Assembly (NCBI GenBank): GCA_033762895.1
Contig: JANRLE010000380.1
Location: 12,243 to 76,242 of the forward strand
Source of the DNA: Bryobacteraceae bacterium
Lineage (GTDB): Bacteria; Acidobacteriota; Terriglobia; Bryobacterales; Bryobacteraceae
Direction: 5' to 3'
Length of the DNA stretch: 64,000 bases
Shown: positions 29,535-38,611 of the stretch, piece after piece
How positions within the stretch are numbered: position 1 is the stretch's first letter
Layout of the letters: the number at the start of each line of letters is the position of its first letter
The notes under the pieces: generated by a model
What the model was told of the DNA's origin: nothing
Seen by the model: the letters and a program-made list of their open reading frames with translations, nothing else
The model's database searches: none
Program-made: the position numbers and the translations under genes

Positions 29535-29768
29535 TTACTGCCGCGCTTCGAGATACGACTCAATCCGTTCGACCGTGTCGAACTTGCGGGGGTTGAGGTC
29601 GGCATCGGGGATTTTCAGGCCGAACGCCTCCTCAAGCGCGCTCAGCATATCGGGCAGCGCGAAGGAGTCTATCAAACCGGAGTCAAATAGGGATTCATCC
29701 GCCGACGGCTCGATTTTCTTTTTCGATACCGTCTGAATGATTTCAATTATTTTCGCTCGCTTGTCCAT
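29535..29768 (-). CDS. DltC-like acyl/aminoacyl carrier protein
   Basis: 77-80 aa. LFDSGLIDSFALPDMLSALEEAFGLKIP closely mirrors DltC (EGLLDSFGTVELLLAIENRF) and includes the phosphopantetheine Ser. Start is ATG 29768 or GTG 29777. Confidence 0.75.
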   Translation of the reverse strand: MDKRAKIIEIIQTVSKKKIEPSADESLFDSGLIDSFALPDMLSALEEAFGLKIPDADLNPRKFDTVERIESYLEARQ

Positions 29769-31092
29769 TCGGTTCACGTCCTGGATTGAGGCTGACGAGC
29801 CGCTCCCGCACCTTCACAAACGTCCCATAATGCCTCGTCAGCTCCTCGAACATCGTCTGCCCGAGAAGCCGGTAGCCCGGACTCGTAAAGTGTACGCGAT
29901 CGTACTGACCGAGCCCTGCGAGGACCCAGTGTTGCATCGAACCTTTTCCACCCATCTTAGCCCGGAGATCAAGGAACGCGCACCCGGTGCCCAACGCGGC
30001 TTCACGTTGCGCCTCAATGATCATATCCAGCCTGTCATGGGAAATCCAGGACCGCCCGCGCCGCAACATCCGGTCCGGGGGGCCCAATACAAGCAGAGTC
30101 GCTGTCGGCGCGGCCTTGCGGAAACGGTTCAACAGCGTCGCGAACATCTCCCGGTAGGACTCTTTTGTCCAGTCCGGGCTGTCGGCCTCGTTGGTCCCGT
30201 AGGCAAACATCACCAGCGCCGGATTGCGCTTGGCGATGTGTCCGGCCAACAGGTCCTCGTTCCAGCGGAAGGCGATCGACGCCTGCGCGCCGTTAATGCC
30301 CAGCGTTTCGTAGGTCAATCCGCGCGCCGTTTCCGCCACCCAGCCATGCAAACGCACCGGCGCCCGGTCCCGCGTGCTCACATCAAAGCGATGCACCCCG
30401 GCCGGCACCTTGAAGGAGTAGTATCCGGGGCCCAACGGACCGTCCGTGGAGATCGTGTCCACATAGGCCCCGTTGTGGGAAAAGGAGAAAGAACCTCCGC
30501 CTGGCTGCCGCAGATAGAAAATTTCGATGGTTTCGCAATTCGCCTCCAGCGAAACCCATTCCTGCGCCCGGTTGGTGGACAAACTCACCCCACCCAAGCC
30601 GTAGTACCCGTTGCCGTAACGGCCCACCAGCCCGTCGGTGTGCCAGCCGCCCGAACTCCAGCTCCGCACGTCCAGACGCCGGTAGCTGTTCCACGGCCGC
30701 CCCGCCAAACTGAATCCGCTGCCCCCGTCGCCAAAGCGCGCCTGCAGGCCCGTCCGCAGCAGCCCCGGCCAGTCGTCGGCGGCGGTATGGGAGTCGCCAT
30801 AGTGCAGCACATGCACGCTCGGGTTTTCTCCCTGTTCGTAGCGGTAAAGCTGTTCGAAAAAAGGAACCAGCGCGCCCGCGTTTTCTATGTAAATCTCGGC
30901 CCCTTCGCTGAGAAATTGCGCCACCTGGTCCACGGCCCGCGCCCGCGCTTCGGCATCCACCGGCGGCGGCACAGACTTGCGGCGGGCCGGGGCGCGCCTT
31001 ACCACGGCGGGCTCAGCCTGTATGTTCGACAACGGCTCCAGAGCCGCCATCGAGACGAGGGCCGCCATCGTACATTTTGCGCTAAGGCTCAT
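29743..31092 (-). CDS. SGNH/GDSL hydrolase-fold protein (DltD/AlgJ-X-like candidate)
   Basis: VLHYGDSHTAAD (block I Ser), FAYGTNEA (block III) and DRVHFT (DxxH block V). N-terminal signal or anchor. Confidence 0.7.
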   Translation of the reverse strand: MSLSAKCTMAALVSMAALEPLSNIQAEPAVVRRAPARRKSVPPPVDAEARARAVDQVAQFLSEGAEIYIENAGALVPFFEQLYRYEQGENPSVHVLHYGDSHTAADDWPGLLRTGLQARFGDGGSGFSLAGRPWNSYRRLDVRSWSSGGWHTDGLVGRYGNGYYGLGGVSLSTNRAQEWVSLEANCETIEIFYLRQPGGGSFSFSHNGAYVDTISTDGPLGPGYYSFKVPAGVHRFDVSTRDRAPVRLHGWVAETARGLTYETLGINGAQASIAFRWNEDLLAGHIAKRNPALVMFAYGTNEADSPDWTKESYREMFATLLNRFRKAAPTATLLVLGPPDRMLRRGRSWISHDRLDMIIEAQREAALGTGCAFLDLRAKMGGKGSMQHWVLAGLGQYDRVHFTSPGYRLLGQTMFEELTRHYGTFVKVRERLVSLNPGREPNGQASENN

Positions 31093-31111
31093 CGAATGCC
31101 TGCATTCTCCA

Positions 31112-32533
31112 TCATAGGCGTGCCGGCGGCGCGGCGCTCACTCCATCCTTGACCGAGGCCAATTTGCGATTGTCGAGCAAACGGAGCTTGTATTTGTTAT
31201 ACCCATCAAACAGGGCCCGATACAACAGCCCCCCCACAATTCGCGCCCCCGCGGGCATCGGATGTATGAAATCGGCGCCCACCAGCCGGGGCTCGGCTTC
31301 ATACCAGCGGGCCATGGTTCCGGCTCCGCCCATTGCGGCAAACGTATTGAAAAAGGCGCAGCCGGTGTCGAGCGCCACGCGCTCCTGGATGGCCACCAGC
31401 CGCGGAATTGTGGGCACTGTGTCGATGCCGCCCGAGCCCGTACGATGGCCGCGGTCCATGGGGCTCATGATCAGAATCGCCGCCTGCGGAACGGCGGAAC
31501 GAACCCGGCGGATCACCTCGCGCAGCTCCTTTTCCGACACCCGGTCCACGAAATCGGCCTGTGTGCTTTCGTTGGTTCCGTAGTTGATAATCACCAGATC
31601 CGGGGCGTAATGCTGCAACTGTTCCCGCCAGTGAGCCTCGGAAATAAACCGCGCCAGCACCGAAACATAGGCGCCGTTCACGCCCAGGCTGTTGTAGATA
31701 ACGCCCGAGGCATCGGACTCAAACACCACCCCGAAAATACGCACCTGGCCGTTGGTGTTGCGCACATTGATCGAATCCGCCGCGACCGGAATCGGAAAGG
31801 AAGCAAAGCCGGAGGCTTCGGCCTTCGCCGCCGTATTTACCACCCCCAGCACCTTTCCCGCCGCCTCCACCTGGAACACGCCGCCGCCCGGCTGCTTCAG
31901 ATAGGCGATCTCCACGCGGGAATGTTTGCCCTTCTTCATTCGAATGCGGCTGAACGCCCCGCTCCATCCGCGGAAGCTCACCCCGCCGAGGCCGAACAGC
32001 CCGTCCCGCACGCCTCCCATGTTCGCCGGATCGATGGTCCAGCCGTCGCCTTCGATGTCCAATCCGCTGTGCTGGTACCAGGCCCAGGGCTTCGCCACCA
32101 GGCAAAAACCGTGACCGGCATCGCCGAAATGCTTCTGCAGCAGATCCCGCGCGTCGGAGGTGATCATGTCCGCAGTGGTGGGTGAATCGCCGTAGTGCAT
32201 CACGCGGACCTGCGTGCCGTCGCGCTTGCCCTCGGCCCGGTGCAGCGCGCGGAAAAAGCCGTCCAGGCTCTTGCCGGGATCAAGGACCGGATGCACCCGC
32301 GCCCCCCTGGTCTCAGGGCCCGCGCGCAGACCCGCGCCCACAGCGGTTTCGGGCTCAAGCTCAGGCGTCATCACGTTCCGGCGGTCGGTGAAGTGAAACA
32401 GGTTGGGCACCGAGCGCCAATCCATCACCTTGTAGTCCTTCAGCACAGGCATGTAATCCATCAGCGCCAGCAGCATCACGAAGCTGGCGATGGTCAAGGT
32501 TGGTTTGCCTGGAAGCCCGAACATACTGCGCAC
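31112..32533 (-). CDS. SGNH/GDSL hydrolase-fold protein, membrane anchored
   Basis: VMHYGDSPTTAD, INYGTNES and GADFIHP (DxxH). N-terminal TM helix LTIASFVMLLALM. Lies 6 nt downstream of the MBOAT gene. Confidence 0.7.
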   Translation of the reverse strand: MRSMFGLPGKPTLTIASFVMLLALMDYMPVLKDYKVMDWRSVPNLFHFTDRRNVMTPELEPETAVGAGLRAGPETRGARVHPVLDPGKSLDGFFRALHRAEGKRDGTQVRVMHYGDSPTTADMITSDARDLLQKHFGDAGHGFCLVAKPWAWYQHSGLDIEGDGWTIDPANMGGVRDGLFGLGGVSFRGWSGAFSRIRMKKGKHSRVEIAYLKQPGGGVFQVEAAGKVLGVVNTAAKAEASGFASFPIPVAADSINVRNTNGQVRIFGVVFESDASGVIYNSLGVNGAYVSVLARFISEAHWREQLQHYAPDLVIINYGTNESTQADFVDRVSEKELREVIRRVRSAVPQAAILIMSPMDRGHRTGSGGIDTVPTIPRLVAIQERVALDTGCAFFNTFAAMGGAGTMARWYEAEPRLVGADFIHPMPAGARIVGGLLYRALFDGYNKYKLRLLDNRKLASVKDGVSAAPPARL

Positions 32534-32539
32534 TACCTC

Positions 32540-33946
32540 TCAAAATCGCGTATAGATGAACGGCGCGGCCCCTGTGGCGGCGACGTAGTGGATGGCTAGC
32601 AACAGCAGCGCCATCGCGGCGGCCTGAACGTAAAAGGGCGTTCTGGCGAAACCCGAACTGCACCAATTCTCCCACTTTTCCGGCAGGTAGTGGGCCGCGG
32701 CGCCGATTCCCAGAATGATCAGAATCGGCGCGGAAATATTGGCGAAAGCGATCGTCCCCGACGCGATCCGCGCCAGCACGGCAAAGGCGCCCTCCATTGA
32801 ACCGGCCCGGAAGAAGATCCAGGCGAAGCAGACAAAGTGGAACGTCCCCAACAGCCGCAATCCCCGCGCCCACAATGCCGGATTCGGCTTCCGATTGCCG
32901 CGCCACACCTGCCAGGCGCGCGTTCCCGCCAGTGCCCCGCCATGCAGCAGCCCCCACACCACGTAGGTCCAGCTTGGCCCATGCCACAACCCGCCGATCA
33001 CCATCGTGATCACCAGATTCAGGTAGGTGAATACCTTGAACCTGGACCGCAGCCCGGGGAGCGAAAAATAGAGATAATCGCGCAGCCAGTTCGACAGCGT
33101 GATGTGCCACCGCCGCCAGAAATCCGGGATATTCTCGGCCATGTAGGGCGTCTTGAAGTTCACCGGCAAACGCAGCCCCAACAGCAGCGCCGACCCGATG
33201 GCGATATCCGTGTACCCGGAGAAATCGAAATAGAGCTGGAAGGCATAGGCGTAGACGGCAATCAGCACCTCAGCCGCCGTGTACAGATTCGGGAAATCGA
33301 ACACGCGGTTGACCAGGTTCACACCCAGGTAATCGGCGATCAGCAGCTTTTTGGTGAGCCCGATGCCGATCAGGTAAACCGCGCGGCCCCCATCCTCACC
33401 GCTCAGCGCCGGCTTCTTCTCAAACTGCGCGAGCAGCGAGGAGACGCGCGTGATGGGCCCGGCCAGCGTCGTCGGGAAAAAACTCACCGCCGCCAGGTGC
33501 GCCAGATAACTGTCCGTCGCCTTTGCATCCCGGCGATAGAGGTCCAGTGTATAGGTGAGCGACTGGAAGCAGTAAAACGAGATTCCCAGCGGGAAACTCC
33601 AATGCCACTCCGGCTTGGGCTCATTCGTCAGCGCCGAAAAGTTGTCCAGCAGGAACGGCATGTACTTCAGCGCCGCCAGCAGCCCCACGTTCAACAGCAC
33701 GCTGGCCGCCACCAGCGCGCGCCTCAAATGGACATGCTGGTATCGCGCCAGTCCCAACCCGATGGCGAAATCGCAACTCGACGCCAGCGGTATCAGGAAC
33801 AGGTAGAACAGGTCCCACTTGGCGTAGAAAAAGTAGTTGCCAAACAGGATCACGGCCAGGGACAACGCCCTGCTCCGCGACGCCGGCCAGTAGAGCAGGA
33901 ACACACCGGCCAGGAAGATAAAATACGCCGAGGACGACAACAGCAT
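32540..33946 (-). CDS. MBOAT family O-acyltransferase (AlgI/DltB-like)
   Basis: Polytopic membrane protein with FWRRWHITLSNWLRDYLYF (conserved MBOAT His region) and a second His in GGLWHG. Confidence 0.9.
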   Translation of the reverse strand: MLLSSSAYFIFLAGVFLLYWPASRSRALSLAVILFGNYFFYAKWDLFYLFLIPLASSCDFAIGLGLARYQHVHLRRALVAASVLLNVGLLAALKYMPFLLDNFSALTNEPKPEWHWSFPLGISFYCFQSLTYTLDLYRRDAKATDSYLAHLAAVSFFPTTLAGPITRVSSLLAQFEKKPALSGEDGGRAVYLIGIGLTKKLLIADYLGVNLVNRVFDFPNLYTAAEVLIAVYAYAFQLYFDFSGYTDIAIGSALLLGLRLPVNFKTPYMAENIPDFWRRWHITLSNWLRDYLYFSLPGLRSRFKVFTYLNLVITMVIGGLWHGPSWTYVVWGLLHGGALAGTRAWQVWRGNRKPNPALWARGLRLLGTFHFVCFAWIFFRAGSMEGAFAVLARIASGTIAFANISAPILIILGIGAAAHYLPEKWENWCSSGFARTPFYVQAAAMALLLLAIHYVAATGAAPFIYTRF

Positions 33947-34056
33947 GGGCGGGGGTCGCTGAGCCTTGATTATAGCGCCACCGGGTTCCCGCCGATGAAC
34001 GCCAGGAATGGAATTTGCCCGGCCGTAAACGCCCGCCGCGTGCGATCATCGATGGG

Positions 34057-34488
34057 ATGTCCCAGCAGAATTTCGAAAACCACAGCCAGACCGTTCCCGG
34101 CTACCTGGCGGCGGCGTTTGCCGTGATGGCCACCGTCATCGGCGCGGGAGTGAACCTCTACCTCTCCCTCGGAGACCACCAGCGCCTCTACAGCGCTTCG
34201 CTGATCCTCGTTCTGAGCGTCTGCGTCTTCTTCATCGGCTGGTATGCCCGCGTATTCCCCCTGAAAGCACAGGACCGCGCCATCCGCGCCGAAGAGAATC
34301 TTCGCCACTACGTGCTCACCGGGAAGCTGCTGGACCCACGCCTGGAGCCGCTGCAAATCGTCGCCCTGCGTTTTGCCTCCGATGACGAATTCCCCGCGCT
34401 GGCCAGGAAGGCCGCCGATGAGCGCATGGCGCCCAGGGATATCAAACGCGCCGTGCGTAATTGGCGCGCGGACACTTACCGCGTCTGA
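34057..34488 (+). CDS. hypothetical membrane protein (two predicted TM helices)
   Basis: MSQQNFENHSQTVPGYLAAAFAVMATVIGAGVNLYL... followed by a soluble tail. No catalytic motif recognised. Confidence 0.5.
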   Translation: MSQQNFENHSQTVPGYLAAAFAVMATVIGAGVNLYLSLGDHQRLYSASLILVLSVCVFFIGWYARVFPLKAQDRAIRAEENLRHYVLTGKLLDPRLEPLQIVALRFASDDEFPALARKAADERMAPRDIKRAVRNWRADTYRV

Positions 34489-34504
34489 CCCTTCAGGAAA
34501 CGGC

Positions 34505-35869
34505 CTACGCCAACCATTCGCGGATCACGTTACCATGCACGTCCGTCAGCCGGTAGTCGCGCCCTGAATAACGGTAGGTCAGCTTCGTATGGTCGAGCCC
34601 CAATAAGTGCAGCGCCGTGGCGTGGAGATCATGGGGACTTACCCGCTTATCCACGGCCTTATACCCGAAGTCATCCGTGGCGCCATATGTCTGGCCGCCC
34701 CTGATGCCGCCGCCGGCCAGCAGGATGGAGTACCCGGGCGGATTGTGGTCCCGCCCGCGGCCCACCTTCTCGGTGCCCGAATTCTGGATCATCGGCGTAC
34801 GGCCGAACTCGCTGCCGACGATGACCAGCGTCTGTTCGAACAGGCCCCGCGCCTTCAGGTCTTCCACCAGGGCCGCAATGGGCCCATCCGACCTTCTGGC
34901 GTGATGCTTCTGCATGATGATGTCGTCGTGGCTGTCCCAGGGCTGTCCGTCGCCATAATAGACCTGCACGACGCGCACCCCGGCTTCCACCAGCCGCAGC
35001 GCCATCAGACACCCTCGTCCGAACTCCCCGGCGCCGTACCGCGCGCGGACCGTTTCGGGCTCCTTTGTGAGATCGAAGATTCCCGGCGCCTCGGTCTGCA
35101 TCTTAAATGCCGTCTCCATCGCCGCGATGTTCGCCTCCAGCCTGGGATCATAACCCACTCGCTGAAGAAACGACGCATCCATCTTCGCCAATAACCCCAA
35201 CTGCCGCTCCTGCTGCTCAGGCGTATAACTTTTATTCGCGATGTCCTGGATCAGCTTATCGGCCGTATCGGCATCGTTGCGGATCTGCGCGCCTTCATAA
35301 GCGGTCGGCAGAAACGCCGATGACCATAACCGGGCGCCTCCCACCGGCTGGCCCGGGCACATCACCACGTAACCCGGCAGATTCTGATTCTCCGTGCCCA
35401 GCCCGTAAGTAACCCACGATCCGAATGAGGGCCGCGAGCCGCCGCGCAGCGCATGCCCGGTATTCATCATCAACATCGACGGCAGGTGATTGATCGAGTC
35501 CGAGTACATCGAGCGCACCACCAGAAAATCGTCGATCCGCTCGCCGATCTTCGGAAAGATGCCGCTCACTTCGATCCCGCTGGCGCCGTACTTACGGAAG
35601 GGGAACGGCGACTTCATCAACCCGCCGGAAGCCCGGTCCGTCTTGACCTTGGGGCCCGGCATCGGCTGGCCGTCGCGTTTGTCCAACTCCGGCTTGGGGT
35701 CGAAGCTGTCCACGTGCGAGAGTCCGCCGTTGAGATAAAGAAAGATGACGTGCTTTGCCTTGGGCGCAAAGTGCGGCTTGCCCGTCGAGGCGGCGTGAAG
35801 CGAATCGCCAAGTCCCACCAGCCCGAATCCGGCGCCCATCCATTGAACCGCTTTCCGTCGTGTGATCAT
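34505..35869 (-). CDS. DUF1501 family protein (sulfatase/alkaline-phosphatase-like fold), Tat signal
   Basis: MITRRKAVQWMGAGFGLVGL twin-arginine N-terminus, FLYLNGGLSHVDSFDPKP and C-terminal GRDHNPPGY...DLHATALHLLG, typical of DUF1501. Confidence 0.85.
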   Translation of the reverse strand: MITRRKAVQWMGAGFGLVGLGDSLHAASTGKPHFAPKAKHVIFLYLNGGLSHVDSFDPKPELDKRDGQPMPGPKVKTDRASGGLMKSPFPFRKYGASGIEVSGIFPKIGERIDDFLVVRSMYSDSINHLPSMLMMNTGHALRGGSRPSFGSWVTYGLGTENQNLPGYVVMCPGQPVGGARLWSSAFLPTAYEGAQIRNDADTADKLIQDIANKSYTPEQQERQLGLLAKMDASFLQRVGYDPRLEANIAAMETAFKMQTEAPGIFDLTKEPETVRARYGAGEFGRGCLMALRLVEAGVRVVQVYYGDGQPWDSHDDIIMQKHHARRSDGPIAALVEDLKARGLFEQTLVIVGSEFGRTPMIQNSGTEKVGRGRDHNPPGYSILLAGGGIRGGQTYGATDDFGYKAVDKRVSPHDLHATALHLLGLDHTKLTYRYSGRDYRLTDVHGNVIREWLA

Positions 35870-35884
35870 CGGTATGCTCCTCCC

Positions 35885-38548
35885 TTAGCGGACGGCGAAA
35901 AACTCGCTTGCGGCGAACAACATCTGCGTATACCTCGCCATCGGCTCCTTTTGCAGGAACGTGAGGGCGGCGTCGATTTCGTTGGCGGCCGGCGGCCGGC
36001 TATAGACAAGTTCGAATGCGCGTTCGATGCGTCTGCGGGGGTCGGCGCCGGCTTCCAGTTCCAGACGCGCGGCCAGCGCTTCCGCCTGGCGAATCACAAA
36101 CGGATTGTTCAGAAAGTACAACCGCTGCAGCGGTCCCACGGTAACGGTACGCTCCTCGGAGTGGCTCTTGGGATCGGGAAAATCAAAGAGCGTCATCGTA
36201 CGGTCGGGACTCGTGCGCGCCACCACGGCATAGAGCGTGCGGCGGTTGTTCTTTTCGTGAAACGGACGCGCCGGTCCGCCAAGTCTCGAGTCCAACGCGC
36301 CGGACACGGCCAGCATGGCGTCACGCAACGTCTCAGCGTCCAGGCGGTCCAGCCCGGGATAGCGCCACAACAGGCTGTTGGCGGCATCCTTCTCCTGGCT
36401 TGCCGGCACGATCCGCGAGCTGCGCTGATAGGCTGCCGACAGCACGATCTTACGGTCAATCGCCTTGATTGACCAGCCCTTGTCCACAAACTCCGCCGCC
36501 AGCCAGTCCAATAACTCGGGATGAGTCGGGCGCTCGCCCAATTGGCCGAAGTTACTCGCGCTGGCGACAATGCCGCGGCCAAAGCGCCATTGCCAGAGCC
36601 GGTTCACCATCACCCGCGCGGTCAGCGGATTGCCGGGCGCGGTGATGCTGCGCGCCAGCTCCAGCCGTCCGCTGCCCTGCCGGAAACGCTCCGGCTCGCC
36701 TTCGCTCAGAATCTGCAGGAACCGGCGCGGCGCCACGGCGCCCAGGTTTGTTTTCTCCCCACGGATGGCGATACGCGCGTCTTTGAGCTTGCTTGCGTCC
36801 CGGTAGGCGTGCAGGAACGGATAGGGCTTGGGCACCGCCTTCTGCAGCCGGGCAAACTCCTCGCGCTCGCGTTTGAGAAAGTCCACCCACACGCCGCCCA
36901 GGTAGCGGTTGACCTCCTTGGGATCGACATAATAGACGCCGGCGGCGTGGTCGAAGCCCTGCCTGCGGCCGGGACTCTCGGTGAGGTCGCGCCACAGGTA
37001 ATATTTCAACGGATCGAGAAACTCCAGGTTGGTTGCCAAAAGCGTCCGCTGGTCGCGCACTCCCTTGGCGCCGCCAAGTTTCACATAGTTGCGGTCGTCA
37101 AGCGCCTGTTTCTCATCGCGGATGGAGAACAAGGTCTGCTCGAAGCGTCCCGCCAGGCGCCGCGCCTCTTCCACCCCTCCGCCCCGTTTGAGAAACGACA
37201 CCCATTCGTCCAGGTACGGGTGTTCGCGTTCGGCGGAATCGATGTAGCGGATCCAGCGGTCCAGCACCGCCGCGTCCAGTGAAGCCTGTTTAGCCACATC
37301 GGCCACGGCGCCGGCAGCGCCCGTCTTCACCGTCCACGCCGCCACCAGGTAGTCGGCCGTCCGTTCCATCAGGACTTCGGTCAACTGGCCGTTGAGTTTC
37401 TCCAGGAACAAGTCGATCTTCAGCTTCTGCGCCGCCACCCGCGCGGTGGCTTCCTGAAACGCCTTCACCTCGGACTCGGGCGCCAGGGGAATTTCATGCA
37501 CCTCGGTACTGTCGAAAACCCCCTGCAGCGAATAATAGTCGCTTTGCGGAATGGGGTCGAACTTATGATCGTGGCACTGCGCGCATCCCACGGTGAGCCC
37601 CAACAGCGCCCGGCCGGTGATGTCGACACGGTCGTCGTCGCGATCGAGCAGCGCATGGAAACCGAGCGCGGGCAGAAGCTTGTTGCGGTCCGGCTCGTCC
37701 ATCAGATCAGCGGCAAGTTGCGCGGTGACAAAACGGTCGTAGGGCATGTCTTTGTTGAATGCCTCCACTACCCAATCCCGGTACCGCCAGGCGTTGGCCA
37801 GCGGATCGTCGCGCAAAGCGGCCGAGCGCCCGTCGGCGTAGCGGGCTATATCCAGCCAGCGCCGGGCCATTCGCTCGCCGTAGTGTGGAGAACCGAGCAA
37901 CCGGTCCACAACCTTTGCAAACGCGTCCGGCGAGTGATCTGCGGTAAATGCGGCCACGTCTTCCGGCGTGGGCGGTAAACCGATGAGGTCCAGTGACGCC
38001 CGCCGGATCAATGTCCGCCTGTCGGCCGCGGGCGCCGTCGTCAGACCGGCCTTTTCGATGGCGGCCTGCAGGAACCGGTCGATTTCATTGCCCCGCTCCG
38101 CCTTGCCAACAGGAACCGGAGGACGTTTCACCGGCTGGAATGACCAGAAGCGGCGCGCTTCCGGGCGAATCGCTCCGGCCGGTGATTCATTCGTCTGCCG
38201 GGTTTGGGGCCAGACGGCGCCCTCGGCAATCCACTTCTCCAGTTCCGCCACATCGGCCGCCGGCAGCGCCTCACTGGGCGGCATCATCAGGTCCTTGGAT
38301 TCGCGTTTCACCGCGCGCATCAGCAGGCTCGCCGCCGCATCGCCCGGCTTGACCGCCGCGCCCCGTGCGCCGCCCTTCAGAATGGATTCGCGGGAGTCCA
38401 GCCTGAGCCCGCCCATCTTCGCCGCCGTATGGCAGGAGTAGCACTTGGCGGCGAGTAGCGGCCGGATCTTACTCTCGAAACGGTCCTCGGCCGGCGGCGC
38501 GGCGCAAAGCACAGCCGCGGCGGCGAAAAGAAGATACAGACGTGCCAT
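35885..38548 (-). CDS. PSCyt1/DUF1549/DUF1553 domain protein
   Basis: True start MARLYLLFAAAAVLCA at 38548 (or MIATGN at 38566), then a CYSCH haem-binding-like motif, DRFV...LIGLPPTPEDV (DUF1549) and a C-terminal DUF1553-like region. The ORF-track extension to 39601 is antisense to the sulfatase gene. Confidence 0.85.
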   Translation of the reverse strand: MARLYLLFAAAAVLCAAPPAEDRFESKIRPLLAAKCYSCHTAAKMGGLRLDSRESILKGGARGAAVKPGDAAASLLMRAVKRESKDLMMPPSEALPAADVAELEKWIAEGAVWPQTRQTNESPAGAIRPEARRFWSFQPVKRPPVPVGKAERGNEIDRFLQAAIEKAGLTTAPAADRRTLIRRASLDLIGLPPTPEDVAAFTADHSPDAFAKVVDRLLGSPHYGERMARRWLDIARYADGRSAALRDDPLANAWRYRDWVVEAFNKDMPYDRFVTAQLAADLMDEPDRNKLLPALGFHALLDRDDDRVDITGRALLGLTVGCAQCHDHKFDPIPQSDYYSLQGVFDSTEVHEIPLAPESEVKAFQEATARVAAQKLKIDLFLEKLNGQLTEVLMERTADYLVAAWTVKTGAAGAVADVAKQASLDAAVLDRWIRYIDSAEREHPYLDEWVSFLKRGGGVEEARRLAGRFEQTLFSIRDEKQALDDRNYVKLGGAKGVRDQRTLLATNLEFLDPLKYYLWRDLTESPGRRQGFDHAAGVYYVDPKEVNRYLGGVWVDFLKREREEFARLQKAVPKPYPFLHAYRDASKLKDARIAIRGEKTNLGAVAPRRFLQILSEGEPERFRQGSGRLELARSITAPGNPLTARVMVNRLWQWRFGRGIVASASNFGQLGERPTHPELLDWLAAEFVDKGWSIKAIDRKIVLSAAYQRSSRIVPASQEKDAANSLLWRYPGLDRLDAETLRDAMLAVSGALDSRLGGPARPFHEKNNRRTLYAVVARTSPDRTMTLFDFPDPKSHSEERTVTVGPLQRLYFLNNPFVIRQAEALAARLELEAGADPRRRIERAFELVYSRPPAANEIDAALTFLQKEPMARYTQMLFAASEFFAVR

Positions 38549-38611
38549 GTTGCCTGTCGCAATCATATCGCACGGCGGCGTGTGATAATTTTGGACTCGG
38601 TACAAAACACC

